NCBI GenBank assembly: GCA_964016885.1
Contig: OZ024740.1
Location: forward strand, 218,116,001 to 218,180,000
Length of the DNA: 64,000 nucleotides
Direction of reading: 5' to 3'
Origin: Eledone cirrhosa
Lineage: Eukaryota
In this document: piece by piece, positions 1-13,129 of the stretch
Layout: the number at the start of each line of letters is the position of its first letter
Position numbering within the stretch: the first letter of the stretch is position 1
The notes under the pieces: generated by a model
What the model was told of the DNA's origin: nothing
Databases searched by the model: none
Seen by the model: only the letters and a program-made list of their open reading frames with translations
Translations under genes and position numbers: made by a program

Positions 1-3000
1 TAGTGCTTGGGTTAGGGTTAGGGTTAGGGTTAGGGTTAGGGTTAGGGTTAAAGTTAGGGTTAGGGTTAGGGTTAGGCTTAGCTGTTAGGGTTAGGGTTAG
101 GGTTAGTTTTAGGGTTAGGTTTAGGGTTAGGGTTAGCTTTTAGGGTTAGGGTTAGGGTTAGGGTTAGGGTTAGGTTTAGAGTTAGGGTTAGGGTTAGGGT
201 AAGCTGTTAGTGTTAGGGTTAGGGTTAGGGTTAGGGTTAGGGTTAGGGTTAGGCTTAGGTTTAGGGTTAGCTGTTAGAGTTAAGGTTAGGGTTGGGTTTA
301 GGGTTAGCTGTTAGGGTTAGTGTTAGGGTTAGCTGTTAGGGTTAGGGTAAGGGTTAGCCGTTAGGGTTAGGGTTACTGTTAGGATTAGGGTTAGGGTTAG
401 GGCTAGGGTTAGGGTTAGTGTTAGGGTTAGTGTTAGGGTTAGTGTTAGGTTTAGATGTTAGGGTTAGGGTTAGGGTTAGGGTTAGGGTTGGGGTTAACGT
501 TAGGGTTAGGGTTAACTGTTAGTGTTTATATTAGGGTTAGGGTTAGTGTCAGGGTTAGGGTTAGGGTTAGGGTTAGGGTTAGGGTTAGGATTTGGGTTAG
601 GGTTAGCTGTTAGGGTTAGTGTTAGGGTTAGATTTAGGGTTAGCGTTACGGTTAGGGTTAGGGTTAGGGTTAGGTTTAGGGTTAGCTGTTAGAGTTAAGG
701 TTAGGGTTGGGGTAAGGGTTAGCTGTTAGGGTTAGTGTTAGGGTTAGTGTTAGGGTTAGGGTTAGAGTTAGGGTTAGGGTTAGGGTTAGGCTTAGCTGTT
801 TGGGTTGGGGTTAGGGTTAGGGTAAGGCGCAGGGTTAGGGTTAGGGTTAGCTGTTAGGGTTAGGATTAGGGTTAGGGTTAGGGTTAGGGTTAGTTGTTAG
901 GGTTAGGGTTAGGTTTAGGGTTAGGGTTAGGTTTAGGGTTAGGGTAGGCTGTTAAGGTTAGGATTAGGGTTAGGGTTAAGGTTAGGGTTAGGATTAGGGT
1001 TAGGGTTAGTGTTAGCTGTTAGAGTTCGGGGTAGGGTTAGTCGTAGTGTTAGGGTTAGGTTTAGGGTTAGGGTTAGGGTTAGTTTTAGGGTTAGGTTTAG
1101 CTGTTACGGTTAGGGTTAGGGTTAGCTGTTAGGGTTAGGTTTAGGGTTAGCTGTTAGGGTTAGGGTTAGGGTTAGGTTAGGGTTAGGGTTAGGGTTAGGG
1201 TTAGGGTTAGTTTTAGGGTTAGCTGTTAGGTTTAGGGTTAGCTGTTAGGGTTAATGTTAGGGTTATGGTTAGTGTTAGGGTTATGGTTAGTGTTAGGGTT
1301 AGGGTTAGGGTTAGGGTTAGGGTTAGCTGTTAGGGTTAGTGTTAGGGTTAGATTTAGGGTTAGCGTTAGGGTTAGGGTTAGGGTTAGGTTTAGGTTTAGA
1401 GTTAGCTGTTAGAGTTAAGGTTAGGGTTGGGGTTAGGGTTAGCTGTTAGGGTTAGTGTTAATGTTAGTGTTAGGGTTAGGGTTAGGGTTAGGGTTAGGGT
1501 AAGGGTTAAAGTTAGGGTTAGGGTTAGGGTTAGGTTTAGCTGTTAGGGTTAGGGTTAGTGTTAGGGTTAGGTTTAGGGTTAGGGTTAGCTTTTAGAGTTA
1601 GGATTAGGGTTAGGGTTAGGGTTAGGGTTAAGGTTAGGGTTAGGGTTAGTGTTAGGGTTAGGTTTAGAGTTAGGGTTAGGGTTAGGGTTAGCTGTTAGAG
1701 TTAGGGTTAGGGTTAGGGTTAGGGTTAGGGTTAATGTTAGGTTTAGGGTTAGGGATAGGGTTAATTTTAGTGTTAGGGTTAGGGTTAGGGCTAGGGTTCG
1801 GGTTCGGGTTAGGGTGTGTGTTAGCTGTTAGGGTTAGGGTTAGGGTTAGGGTTAGGGTTAATGATAGGGTTAGGGTTAGGGTTAGGTTTAGGGTGTGTGT
1901 TAATTGTTAGGGTTAGGGTTAGGGTTAGGATTAGGGTTAGCTGTTAGGGTTAAGGTTAGGGTTACGGTTAGGGTTAGGGTTAGGGTTAGGATTAGCTGTT
2001 AGGGTTAGGGTTAGGGTTAGGGTTAGGGTTAGGCGCAGGGTTAGGGTTAGGGTTAGGGTTAGGGTTAGGGTTAGGATTAGCTGTTAGGGTTAGGGTTAGG
2101 GTTGGGGTTAGGGTTAGGGTTAGGGTTAGCTGTTAGTGTTAGGATTAGGGTTAGGGTTAGGGTTAGGGTTAGTTGTTAGGTTAAGGTTAGGTTTAGGGTT
2201 AGGGTTAGGTTTAGGGTTAGGGTAGGCTGTTAAGGTTAGGATTAGGGTTAGGGTCAGGGTTAGGGTTAGGGTAAGGGTTAGGGTTATGGTTAGTGTTAGG
2301 GTTAGGTTTAGGGTTAGTGTTAGGGTTAGGGTTAGGGTTAGGGTTAAGGTTAGGGTTAGGGTTAGTGTTAGGGTTAGGTTTAGAGTTAGGGTTAGGGTTA
2401 GGGTTAGGGTTAGCTGTTAGAGTTAGGGTTAGGGTTAGGGTTAGGGTTAGGGATAATGTTAGGTTTAGGGTTAGGGTTAGGGTTGGGGTTAGGGTTAGCC
2501 GTTAGGGTTAGGGTTAGGGTTAGGGATAGGGTTAATGTTAGTGTTAGGGTTAGGATTAGGGCTAGGGTTCGGGCTCGGGTTAGGGTGTGTGTTAGCTGTT
2601 AGGGTTAGGGTTAGTGTTAGGGTTAATGATAGGGTTAGGGTTAGGGTTAGGTTTAGGGTGTGTGTTAATTGTTAGGGCTAGGGTTAGGGTTAGGATTAGG
2701 GTTAGCTGTTAGTGTTAAGGTTAGGGTTACGGTTAGGGCTAGGGTTAGGGTTAGGATTAGGGTTAGCTGTTAGGGTTAAGGTTAGGGTTACGGTTAGGGC
2801 TAGGGTTAGGGTTAGGATTAGCTGTTAGGGTTAGGGTTAGGGTAGGGGTTAGGGTTAGGGTTAGGGTTAGGGTTAGGGTTAGCTGTTAGGGTAAGGGTTA
2901 GGGTTAGGGTTAGGGTTAGCTTTTAGGGTTAGGGTTAGGGTTAATGTTAGGGTCAGGGTTAGGGTTAGGGTTAGGGTCAGAGTTAGGGTTAGTTGTTAGG

Positions 3001-6000
3001 GTTAGGGTTAGGGTTAGGGTTAGGGCTAGGGTTAGGGTTAGGTTTAGGGTTAGGGTTAGGGTTAGGGTTAGGGTAAAGGTTAGCTGTTAGGGTTAGGGTT
3101 AGGGTTAGGGTTAGGGTTAGGGTTAGGGTTAGGGTTAGGGTTAGGGTTAGGGTTAGGGTTAAGGTTAGGGTTAGGGTTAGGGTGTGTATTAGGGTTAACT
3201 GTTAGGGTTAGGGTTAGCTGTTAGGGTTAGGGTTACTGTTAGCGTTAGGGTTAGGGTTAGGGTTAGGGTTAGGGTTAGGCTTAGGTTTAGGGTTAGCTGT
3301 TAGAGTTAAGGTTAGGGTTGGGTTTAGGGTTAGCTGTTAGGGTTAGTGTTAGGGTTAGCTGTTAGGGTTAGGGTAAGGGTTAGCCGTTAGGGTTAGGGTT
3401 ACTGTTAGGGTTAGGGTTAGGGCTAGGGTTAGGGTTAGTGTTAGGGTTAGTGTTAGGGTTAGTGTTAGTGTTAGGTTTAGATGTTAGGGTTAGGGTTAGG
3501 GTTGGGGTTAACGTTAGGGTTAGGGTTAACTGTTAGGGTTATGGTTAGGGTTAGGGTTAGTTTTAGGGTTAGCTGTTAGGTTTAGGGTTAGCTGTTAGAG
3601 TTAATGTTAGGGTTAGGGTTAGTGTCAGGGTTAGGCTTAGTGTTAGGGTTAGGATTATGGTTAGGGTTAGCTGTTAGGGTTAGTGTTAGGGTTAGATTTA
3701 GGGTTAGCGTTAGGGTTAGTATTAGGGTTAGGGTTAGGGTTAGATTTAGGGTTAGTGTTAGGGTTAGGGTTAGGGTTAGGGATAGGGTTAGGTTTAGGGT
3801 TAGCTGTTAGAGTTAAGGTTAGGGTTGGGGTAAGGGTTAGCTGTTAGGGTTAGTGTTAGGTTTAGTGTTAGTGTTAGTGTTTGGGTTACGGTTAGGTTTA
3901 GTGTTAGGGTTAGGGTTAGGGTTAGGGTTAGGGTTAGGGTTAGGCGCAGGGTTAGGGTTAGGGTTAGGGTTAGGGTTAGGGTTAGGATTAGCTGTTAGGG
4001 TTAGGATTATGGTTAGGGTTAGGGTTAGGGTTAGTTGTTAGGGTTAGGGTTAGGTTTAGGGTTAGGGTTAGGGTTAGGGTTAGGGTTAGGGTTAGCTGTT
4101 AGGGTCAGGGTTACTGTTAGGGTTAGGGTTAGGGTTAGGGTTAGGGTTAGGGTTAGGCGCAGGGTTAGGTTTAGGTTTAGGGTTAGGGTTAGGGTTAGAG
4201 TTAGGATTAACTGTTAGGGTTAGGGTTAGGGTTGGGGTTAGGTTTAGGGTTAGGGTTAGCTGTTAGGGTTAGGATTAGGGTTACGGTTAGGGTTAGGGTA
4301 GGTTGTTAGGGTTAGGGTTAGGTTTAGGGTTAGGGTAGGCTGTTAAGGTTAGGATTAGGGTTAGGCTTAGGGTTAGGGTTAGGGTTAGGGTTAGTGTTAG
4401 TGTTAGCTGTCAGGGTTCGGGGTAGGGTTAGTGTTAGTGTTAGGGTCAGGTTTAGGGTTAGGGTTAGTTTTAGGGTTAGGTTTAGCTGTTACGGTTAGGG
4501 TTAGGGTTAGCTGTTAGGGTTAGGTTTAAGGTTAGCTGTTAGGGTTAGGGTTAGTGTTGGGTTAGGGTTAGGGTTAGGGTTAGTTTTAGGGTTAGCTGTT
4601 AGGTTTAGGGTAAGCTGTTAGGGTTAATGTTAGGGTTATGGTTAGTGTTAGGGTTAGGGTTAGTGTTAGGGTTAGGGTTAGATTTAGGGTTAGCTGTTAG
4701 AGTTAAGGTTATGGTTGGGGTTAGGGTTAGCTGTTAGGGTTAGTGTTAATGTTATTGTTTGGGTTAGGGTTAGGGTTAGGGTTAGGGTTAGGGTTAAAGT
4801 TAGGGTTAGGGTTAGGGTTAGGCTTAGCTGTTAGGGTTAGGGTTAGGGTTAGTGTTAGGGTTAGGTTTAGGGTTAGGATTAGCTTTTAGGGTTAGGGTTA
4901 GGGTTAGGTTTAGGTTTAGAGTTAGGGTTAGGGTTAGGGTTAGCTGTTAGAGTTAGGGTTAGGGTTAGGGTTAGGGTTAGGGTTAGGGTTAGGGTTAGGG
5001 TTAGGCTCAGGTTTAGGGTTAGCTGTTAGAGTTAAGGTTAGGGTTGGGTTTAAGGTTAGCTGTTAGGGTTAGTGTTAGGGTTAGCTGTTAGGGTTAGGGT
5101 AAGGGTAAGCCGTTAGGGTTAGGGTTACTGTTCGGGTTAGGGTTAGGGCTAGGGTTAGGGTTAGTGTTAGGGTTAGTGTTAGATTTAGATGTTAGGGTTA
5201 GGGTTAGGGTTAGGGTTGGGGTTAACGTTAGGGTTAGGGTTAACTGTTAGGGTTATGGTTAGGGTTAGGGTTAGGGTTAGGGTTAGCTGTTAGGTTTAGG
5301 GTTAGCTGTTAGTGTTAATGTTAGGGTTAGGGTTAGTGTCAGGGTTAGGGTTAGTGTTAGGGTTAGGATTAGGGTTAGGGTTAGCTGTTAGGGTTAGTGT
5401 TAGGGTTAGATTTAGGGTCAGCGTTAGGGTTAGGGTTAGGGTTAGGGTTAGGTTTAGGGTTAGCTGTTAGGGTTAGTGTTAGGGTTAGTGTTAGGGTTAG
5501 GGTTAGAGTTAGGGTTAGGGTTAGGGTTAGGCTTAGCTGTTAGGGTTAGGGTTAGGGTTAGGCGCAGGGTTAGGGTTAGGGTTAGCTGTTAGGGTTGGGG
5601 TTAGTGTTAGGCGCAGGGTTAGGGTTAGGGTTAGGGTTAGGGTTAGGGTTAGGTTTAGGGTTAGGGTTAGGTTTAGGGTTAGGGTAGGCTGTTAAGTTTA
5701 GGATTAGGGTTAGGGTTAGGGTTAGGGTTAGGTTTAGGGCTAGGGTTAGTGTTAGCTGTTAGAGTTCGGAGTAGGGTTAGTGTTAGTGTTAGGGTTATGT
5801 TTAGGGTTAGGGTTAGGGTTAGTTTTAGGGTTAGGTTTAGCTGTTACGGTTAGGGTTAGGGTTAGCTGTTATGGTTAGGTTTAGGGTTAGCTGTTAGGGT
5901 TAGGGGTAGGGTTGGGTTAGGGTTAGGGTTAGGGTTAGGGTTAGTTTTAGGGTTAGCTGTTAGGTTTAGGGTTAGCTGTTAGGGTTAATGTTAGGGTTAT

Positions 6001-9000
6001 GGTTAGTGTTAGGGTTAGGGTTAGTGTTAGGGTTAGGGTTAGGGTTAGGGTTAGGGTTAGCTGTTAGGGTTAGTGTTAGGGTTAGATTTAGGGTTAGCGT
6101 TAGGGTTATGGTTAGGGTTAGGGTTAGATTTAGAGTTAGCTGTTAGAGTTAAGGTTAGGGTTGGGGTTAGGGTTAGCTGTTAGGTTTAGTGTTAATGTTA
6201 GGGTTAGGGTTAGGGTTAGGGTTAGGGTTAGGGTTAGCTGTTAGAGTTAGGGTTAGGGTTAGGGTTAGGGTTAGGGTTAATGTTAGGTTTAGGGTTAGGG
6301 TTAGGGTTGGGGTTAGGGTTAGGGTTAGGGTTAGGGTTAGGGTTAGGGTTAGGGTTAGGGTTAGGGTTAGGGTTAAAGTTAGGGTTAGGGTTAGGGTTAG
6401 GTTTAGCTGTTAGGTTTAGGGTTAGTGTTACGGTTAGGTTTAGGGTTAGGGTTAGCTTTTAGGGTTAGGGTTAGGGTTAGGTTTAGGGTTAGGGTTAAGG
6501 TTAGGGTTAGGGTTAGTGTTAGGGTTAGGTTTAGAGTTAGGGTTAGCTGTTAGAGTTAGGGTTAGGGTTAGGGTTAGGGTTAGGGTTAATGTTAGGTTTA
6601 GGGTTAGGGTTAGGGTTGGGGTTAGGGTTAGCCGTTAGGGTTAGGGTTAAGGATAGGGTTAGGGTTAGGGTTAGGTTTAGGGTGTGTGTTAATTGTTAGG
6701 GTTAGGGTTAGGGTTAGGGTTAGTATTAGGGTTTGCTGTTAGGGTTAAGGTTAAGGTTACGGTTAGGGTTAGGGTTAGGATTAGCTGTTAGGGTTAGGGT
6801 TAGGTTTGGGGTTAGGGTTAGGGTTAGGGTTAGCTGTTAGGGTTAGTGTTAGTGTTTGTGTTTGGGTTAGGGTTAGTGTTAGGATTAGGGTTAGGGTTAG
6901 AGTTAGGGTTAGGGTTAGGGTTAGGGTTAGGGTTAGGGTCAGGGTTAGGGTTAGGCGCAGGGTTAGGGTTAGGGTTAGGGTTAGTGTTAGGGTTAGGGTT
7001 AGGGTTAGGATTAGCTGTTAGGGTTAGGGTTAGGGTTGGGGTTAGGGTTAGGATTAGCTGTTAGGGTTAGGGTTAGGGTTAGGGTTAGGGTTAGGGTTAG
7101 GGTTAGGGTTAGGCGCAGGGTTAGGGTTAGGGTTAGGGTTAGGGTTAGGGTTAGGGTTAGGATTAGCTGTTAGGGTTAGGGTTAGGGTTGGGGTTAGGGT
7201 TAGGGTTAGGATTAGCTCTTAGGGTTAGGATTAGGGTTAGGGTTAGGGTTAGGGTTAGTTGTTAGGGTTAGGGTTAGGTTTAGGGTTAGGGTAGGCTGTT
7301 AAGGTTAGGATTAGTGTTAGGGTTAGGGTTAGGGTTAGGGTTAGGGTTAGTGTTAGTGTTAGCTGTGAGGGTTCGGGGTAGGGTTAGTGTTAGTGTTAGG
7401 GTTAGGTTTAGGGTTAGGGTTAGTTTTAGGGTTAGGTTTAGCTGTTACGGTTAGGGTTAGGGTTAGCTGTTAGGGTTAGGGTTAGGGTTAGGGTTAGGGT
7501 TAGGGTTAGGGTTAGGGTTAGGGTTAGTTTTAGGGTTAGCTGTTAGGTTTAGGGTTAGCTGTTAGGGTTAATGTTAGGGTTATGGTTAGTGTTAGGGTTA
7601 GGGTTAGTGTTAGGGTTAGATTTAGGGTTAGGGTTAGGGTTAGGGTTAGGGTTAGTGTTAGGGTTAGGTTTAGGGTTAGCTGTTAGAGTTAAGGTTAGGG
7701 TTGGGGTTAGGGTTAGCTGTTAGGGTTAGTGTTAATGTTCTTGTTTGGGTTAGGGTTGGGGTTAGGGTTAGGGTTAGGGTTAAAGTTAGGGTTAGGGTTA
7801 GGGTTAGGCTTAGCTGTTAGGGTTAGTGTTAGGGTTAGTGTTAGGGTTAGGTTTAGGGTTAGGGTTAGGGTTAGGGTTAGGGTTAGGGTTAGGGTTAGGG
7901 TTAGGGTTAGCTGTTAGAGTTAAGGTTAGGGTTGGGGTTAGGGTTAGCTGTTAGGGTTAGTGTTAATGTTAGTGTTTGGGTTAGGGTTGGGGTTAGGGTT
8001 AGGGTTAGGGTTAAAGTTAGGGTTAGGGTTAGGGTTAGGCTTAGCTGTTAGGGTTAGGGTTAGGGTTAGTGTTAGGGTTAGGTTTAGGGTTAGGGTTAGC
8101 TTTTAGTGTTAGGGTTAGGGTTAGGGTTAGGGTTAGGTTTAGAGTTAGGGTTAGGGTTAGGGATAGGGTTAGCTGTTAGAGTTAGGGTTAGGGTTAGGGT
8201 AAGGGTTAGGGTTAATGTTAGGTTTAGGGATAGGGTTAGGGTTGGGGGTTAGGGTTAGCCGTTAGGGTTAGGGTTAGGGATAGGGTTAATGTTAGTGTTA
8301 GGGTTAGGGTTAGGGCTAGTGTTCGGGTTCGGGTTAGGGTGTGTGTTAGCTGTTAGGGTTAGGGTTAGGGTTAGGGTTAGGGTTAATGATAGGGTTAAGG
8401 TTAGGGTTAGGTTTAGGGTGTGTGTTAATTGTTAGGGTTAGGGTTAGGGTTACTTAGGATTAGCTGTTAGGGTTAGGGTTAGGGTTGGGGTTAGGGTTAG
8501 GGTTAGGGTTAGCTGTTAGGGTTAGGGTTAGGGCTAGGGTTAGCATTTAGGGTTAGCGTTAGGGGTAGGGTTAGGGTTAATGTTAGGGTTAGGGTTAGGG
8601 TTAGGGTCAGAGTTAGGGTTACTTGTTAGGGTTAGGGTTAGGGTTAGGGTTAGTGCTAGGGTTAGGGTTAGGTTTAGTGTTAGGGTTAGGGTTAGGGCTA
8701 GCTGTTAGGGTTAGGGTAAGGGTTAGGGTTAAGGTTAGGGTTAGGGTTAGGGTGTGTATTAGGGTTAGCTGTTAGGGTTAGGGTTAGGGTTAGCTGTTAG
8801 GATTAGGGTTACTGTTAGTGTTAGGGTTAGGGTTAGGGTTAGGGTTAGGGTTAGGCTTAGGTTTAGGGTTAGCTGTTAGAGTTAAGGTTAGGGTTGGGTT
8901 TAGGGTTAGCTGTTAGGGTTAGTGTTAGGGTTAGGGTTAGGGTTAGGGTTATTGTTAGCTGTTAGGGTTAGGGTTAGGGTTAGGGTTAATTTTAGGGTTA

Positions 9001-12000
9001 GAGTTAACTGTTAGGGTTATGGTTAGGGTAAGGGTTAGGTTTAGGGTTAGCTGTTAGGGTTAGGGTTAGCTGTTAGGGTTAGGGTTTGGATTAGGGTTAG
9101 TGTTAGGGTTAGGGTTAGGGTTAGGGTTAGGGTTAGGGTTAGGGTTAATGGTCGGGTTAGGGTTAGGGTTAGGTTTAGGGTTAGGATTAGGGTTAGCTGT
9201 TAGGGTTAGATTAGGGTTAGCTGTTATCGTTAGGGTTAGGGTTAGGGTAAGCTGTTAGTGTTAGTGTTAGCTGTTAGGGTTAGGGTTAGGGTTAGCTGTA
9301 AGGTTAGGGTTAGGGTTGGGTTAGGGTTAGGGTTAGGGTTAGCTGCTAGGGTTAGGGTTAGGGTTAGGGTTAGGGTTAACTGTTAGGGTTAGGGTTAGAT
9401 TTAGGTTTAGGGTTAGTTTTAATGTTAGGGTTAGCTGTTAGGGTTAGGGTTAGGGTTAGTGTTAGGGTTAGGGTTAGGGTTACTATTAGGGTTACGGTTA
9501 GGTTTAGGGTTAGGGTTAGTGTTAGGGTTAGTGTCAGGGTTAGTGTTAGGGTTAGCAGTTAGGGTTAGCTGTTAGGGCTAGGGTTAGGGTTAGGGTTAGG
9601 GTTAGGGTTAAGGTTAGGGTTCGGGTTAACTGTTAGGTTTATGGTTAGGGTTAGGTTTAAGTTTAGGATTAGCTGTTAGGGTTAGGGTTAGCTGTTAGTG
9701 TTAAGTTAAGGGTTAGGGTTAGTGTTAAGTTTAGGGTTAGTGTTAGGGTTAGGGTTAGGGTTAGGCTTAGCTGTTAGGGTTAGGGTTAGGGTTAGGGTTA
9801 GGGTTAGCGTTAGGGTTAGAGTTAGGGTTAGGTTTAGGGTTAGAGTTCATGGTAGGGTTAGGTTTAAGTTTAGGATTAGCTGTTAGGGTTAGGGTTAGCT
9901 GTTAGGGTTAGGTTTAGGTTTAGGGTTAGCTGTTAGGGTTAGGGTTAGGGCTAGGGTTAGGGTTAGGGTTAGCTTTTAGGGTTAGCGTTAAGGGTAGGGT
10001 TAGGGTTAATGTTAGGGTTAGGGTTAGGGTTAGGGTCAGAGTTAGGGTTAGTTGTTAGGGTTAGGGTTAGGGTTAGGGTTAGGGTTAGGGCTAGGGTAAT
10101 GTTAGGGTTAGGGTTAGGGTTAGGGTCAGAGTTAGGGTTAGTTGTTAGGGTTAGGGTTAGGGTTAGGGTTAGGGTTAGGGCTAGGGTTAGGGTTAGGGTC
10201 AGGGTTAGGGTTAGGGTTAGCTGTTAGGGTTAGTGTTAGGGTTAGTGTTAGGGTTAGGGTTAGAGTTAGGGTTAGGTTTAGGCTTAGCTGTTAGGGTTAG
10301 GGTTAGGGTTAGGCGCAGGGTTATGGTTAGGGTTAGCTGTTAGGGTTAGTGTTAGTGTTAGTGTTTGGGTTAGGGTTAGGGTTAGGGTTAGGGTTAGAGT
10401 TAGGGTTACGTTTAGGGTTAGGGTTAGGGTTAGGGTTAGGTTTAGGGTTGGGGTTAGGGTTAGGTTTAGGGTTAGGGTAGGCTGTTAAGGTTAGGATTAG
10501 GGTTAGGGTTAGGGTTAGGGTTAGGGTTAGGGTTAGGGTTAGGTTTAGGGTTAGTGTTAGCTGTTAGGGTTCGGGGTAGGGGTAGTGTTAGTGTTAGGGT
10601 TAGGTTTAGGGTTAGGGTTAGGGTTAGTTTTAGGGTTAGGTTTAGCTGTTACGGTTAGGGTTAGGGTTAGCTGTTAGGGTTAGGGTTAGGGTTAGCTGTT
10701 AGGGTTAGGGTTAGTGTTGGGTTAGGGTTAGGGTTAGGGTTAGGGTTAGTTTTAAGGTTAGCTGTTAGGTTTAGGGTTAGCTGTTAGGGTTAATGTTTGG
10801 GTTATGGTTAGTGTTAGGGTTAGGGTTAGTGTTAGGGTTAGGGTTAGGGTTAGGGTTAGCTGTTAGGGTTAGTGTTAGGGTTAGGGTTAGGGTTAGGGTT
10901 AGGGTTAGGGTTAGGGTTAGGGTTAAGGTTAGGGTTAGGGTTAGGGTTAGTGTTAGGGTTAGGGTTAGGGTTAGGATTAGGGTTAGGGTTAGCTGTTAGA
11001 GTTAAGGTTAGGGTAGGGGTTAGGGTTAGCTGTTAGGGTTAGTGTTAATGTTAGTGTTTGTGTTAGGGTTAGGGTTAGGGTTAGGGTTAGGGTTAAGGTT
11101 AGCTGTTAGAGTTAGGGTTAGGGTTAGGGTTAGGGTTAGGGTTAATGTTATTTTTAGTGTTAGGGCTAGGGTTGGGGTTAGGGTTAGCCGTTAGGGTTAG
11201 GGTTAGGGATAGGGTTAATGTTAGTGTTATGGTTAGGGTTAGGTCTAGGGTTCGGGTTCGGGTTAGGGTGTGTGTTAATTGTTAGGGTTAGGGTTAGGGT
11301 TAAGATTAGGGTTAGCTGTTAGGGTTAAGGTTAGGGTTACGGTTATGGTTAGGGTTAGGGTTAGGATTAGCTGTTAGGGTTAGGGTTAGGGTTGGGGTTA
11401 GGGTTAGGGTTAGGGTTAGCTGTTAGGGTTAGCGTTAGGGTTAGGGTTAGGGTTAATGTTAGGGTTAGGGTTAGGGTTAGTGTCAGAGTTAGGGTTAGTT
11501 GTTAGGGTTAGGGTTAGGGTTAGGGTTAGGGCTAGGGTTAGGGTTAGGGTTAGGGTTAGGTTTAGGGTTAGGGTTAGGGTTAGCTGTTAGGGTTAGGGTA
11601 AGGGTTAGGGTTAAGGTTAGGGTTAGGGATAGGGTGTGTATTAGGGTTAGCTGTTAGATTAGGGTTAGGGTTAGGGTTAGGGTTAGCTGTTAGAGTTACG
11701 GTTAGGGTTGGGTTTAGGGTTAGCTGTTAGGGTTAGTGTTAGGGTTAGTGTTAGGGTTAGGGTTAGGGTTAGGGTTATTGTTAGCTGTTAGGGTTAGGGT
11801 TAGGGTTAGGGTTAGGGTTAATTTTAGGCTTAGAGTTAACTGTTAGGGTTATGGTTAGGGTAAGGTTTAGGGTTAGGGTTATCTGTTAGGGTTAGGGTTA
11901 GCTCTTAGGGTTAGGGTTAGGGCTAGGGTTAGGGTTAGGGTTAATGGTCGGGTTAGGGTTTGGTTTAGGGTTAGGATTAGGGTTAGCTGTTAGGGTTAGG

Positions 12001-13129
12001 GTTAGATTAGGGTTAGCTATTATCGTTAGGGTTAGGGTTAGGGTAAGCTGTTAGGGTTAGTGTTAGCTGTTAGGTTTAGGGTTAGGGTTATCTCTTAGGT
12101 TAGGGTTAGGGTTGGGTTAGGGTTAGGGTTAGGATTAGGGTTAGCTGCTAGGGTTAGGGTTAGGGTTAGGGTTAGGGTTAGGGTTAGATGTTAGGGTTAG
12201 GGTTAGATTCAGGTTTAGGGTTAGTTTTAATGTTAGGGTTAGCTGTTAGGGTTAGGGTTAATGTTAGGGTTAGGGTGTGTATTAGGGTTAGCTGTTAGGG
12301 TGTGTATTAGGGTTAGCTGTTAGGGTTAGGGTTAGGGTTAGGGTGTGTATAAGGGTTAGCTGTTAGGGTTAGGGTTAGGGTTACTGTTAGGGTTACGGTT
12401 AGGTTTAGGGTTAGGGTTAGTGTTAGGGTTAGTGTCAGGGTTAGTGTTAGGGTTAGCAGTTAGGGTTAGCTGTTAGGGTTAGGGTTAGGGTTAGGGTTAG
12501 GGTTAGGGTTAAGTTTAGGGTTCGGGTTAACTGTTAGGGTTATGGTTAGGGTTAGGTTTAAGTTTAGGATTAGCTGTTAGGGTTAGGGTTAGCTGTTAGC
12601 GTTAAGTTAAGGGTTAGGGTTAGTGTTAAGTTTAGGGTTAGTGTTAGGGTTAGGGTTAGGGTTAGGCTTATCTGTTAGGGTTAGGGTTAGGGTTAGGGTT
12701 AGGGTTAGCGTTAGGGTTAGAGTTAGGGTTAGGTTTAGGGTTAGGGTTCATGGTAGGGTTAGGTTTAGGTTTAGGTTTAGGGTTAGCTGTTAGGGTTAGG
12801 GTTAGGTTTAGGGTTAGCTGTTAGGGTTAGGGTTAGTGTTTGGGTTAGGGTTAGGGTTAGTTTTAGGGTTAGGGTTAGCTGTTAGGGTTAGGGTTAGGGT
12901 TAGGGTCACGGTTAGGCTTAGGGTTAGGGTTAGTGTTAGTGTTAGTGTTAGGGTTAGTGTTAGGCTTAGCTGTTAGGGTTAGGGTTAGGGTTAGGGTTAG
13001 GCGTAAGGTTAGGGCTAGGTTTAGGTTTAGGGTGTGTATTAGGGTTAGCTGTTAGGGTTAGTGTTAGGGTTAGCTGTTAGATTTAAGGTTAGGGTTAGGG
13101 TTAGGGTTAAAGTCAAGGTTAAGGTTAGG
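1..13129 (+). repeat. Degenerate telomeric-type (TTAGGG)n array with recurrent variants (TTAGCTG, TTAGTG, TTAGGT, TTAAGG, GGCGCAGGG, TTCGGG)
   Basis: Continuous TTAGGG hexamers with the G-rich strand on +; the TTAGCTG heptamer appears on most 60-bp lines. The array runs off the window start. Confidence 0.97.

Noticed and set aside
1649-10999. ORFs encoding LG/VR dipeptide repeats
   Set aside because: Automatic translation of TTAGGG repeats, mostly with GTG/TTG starts; no evidence of genes.
1-13129. A functional chromosome-terminal telomere at the window start
   Set aside because: A left end would show CCCTAA on the + strand; the array is highly degenerate and points into the satellite.
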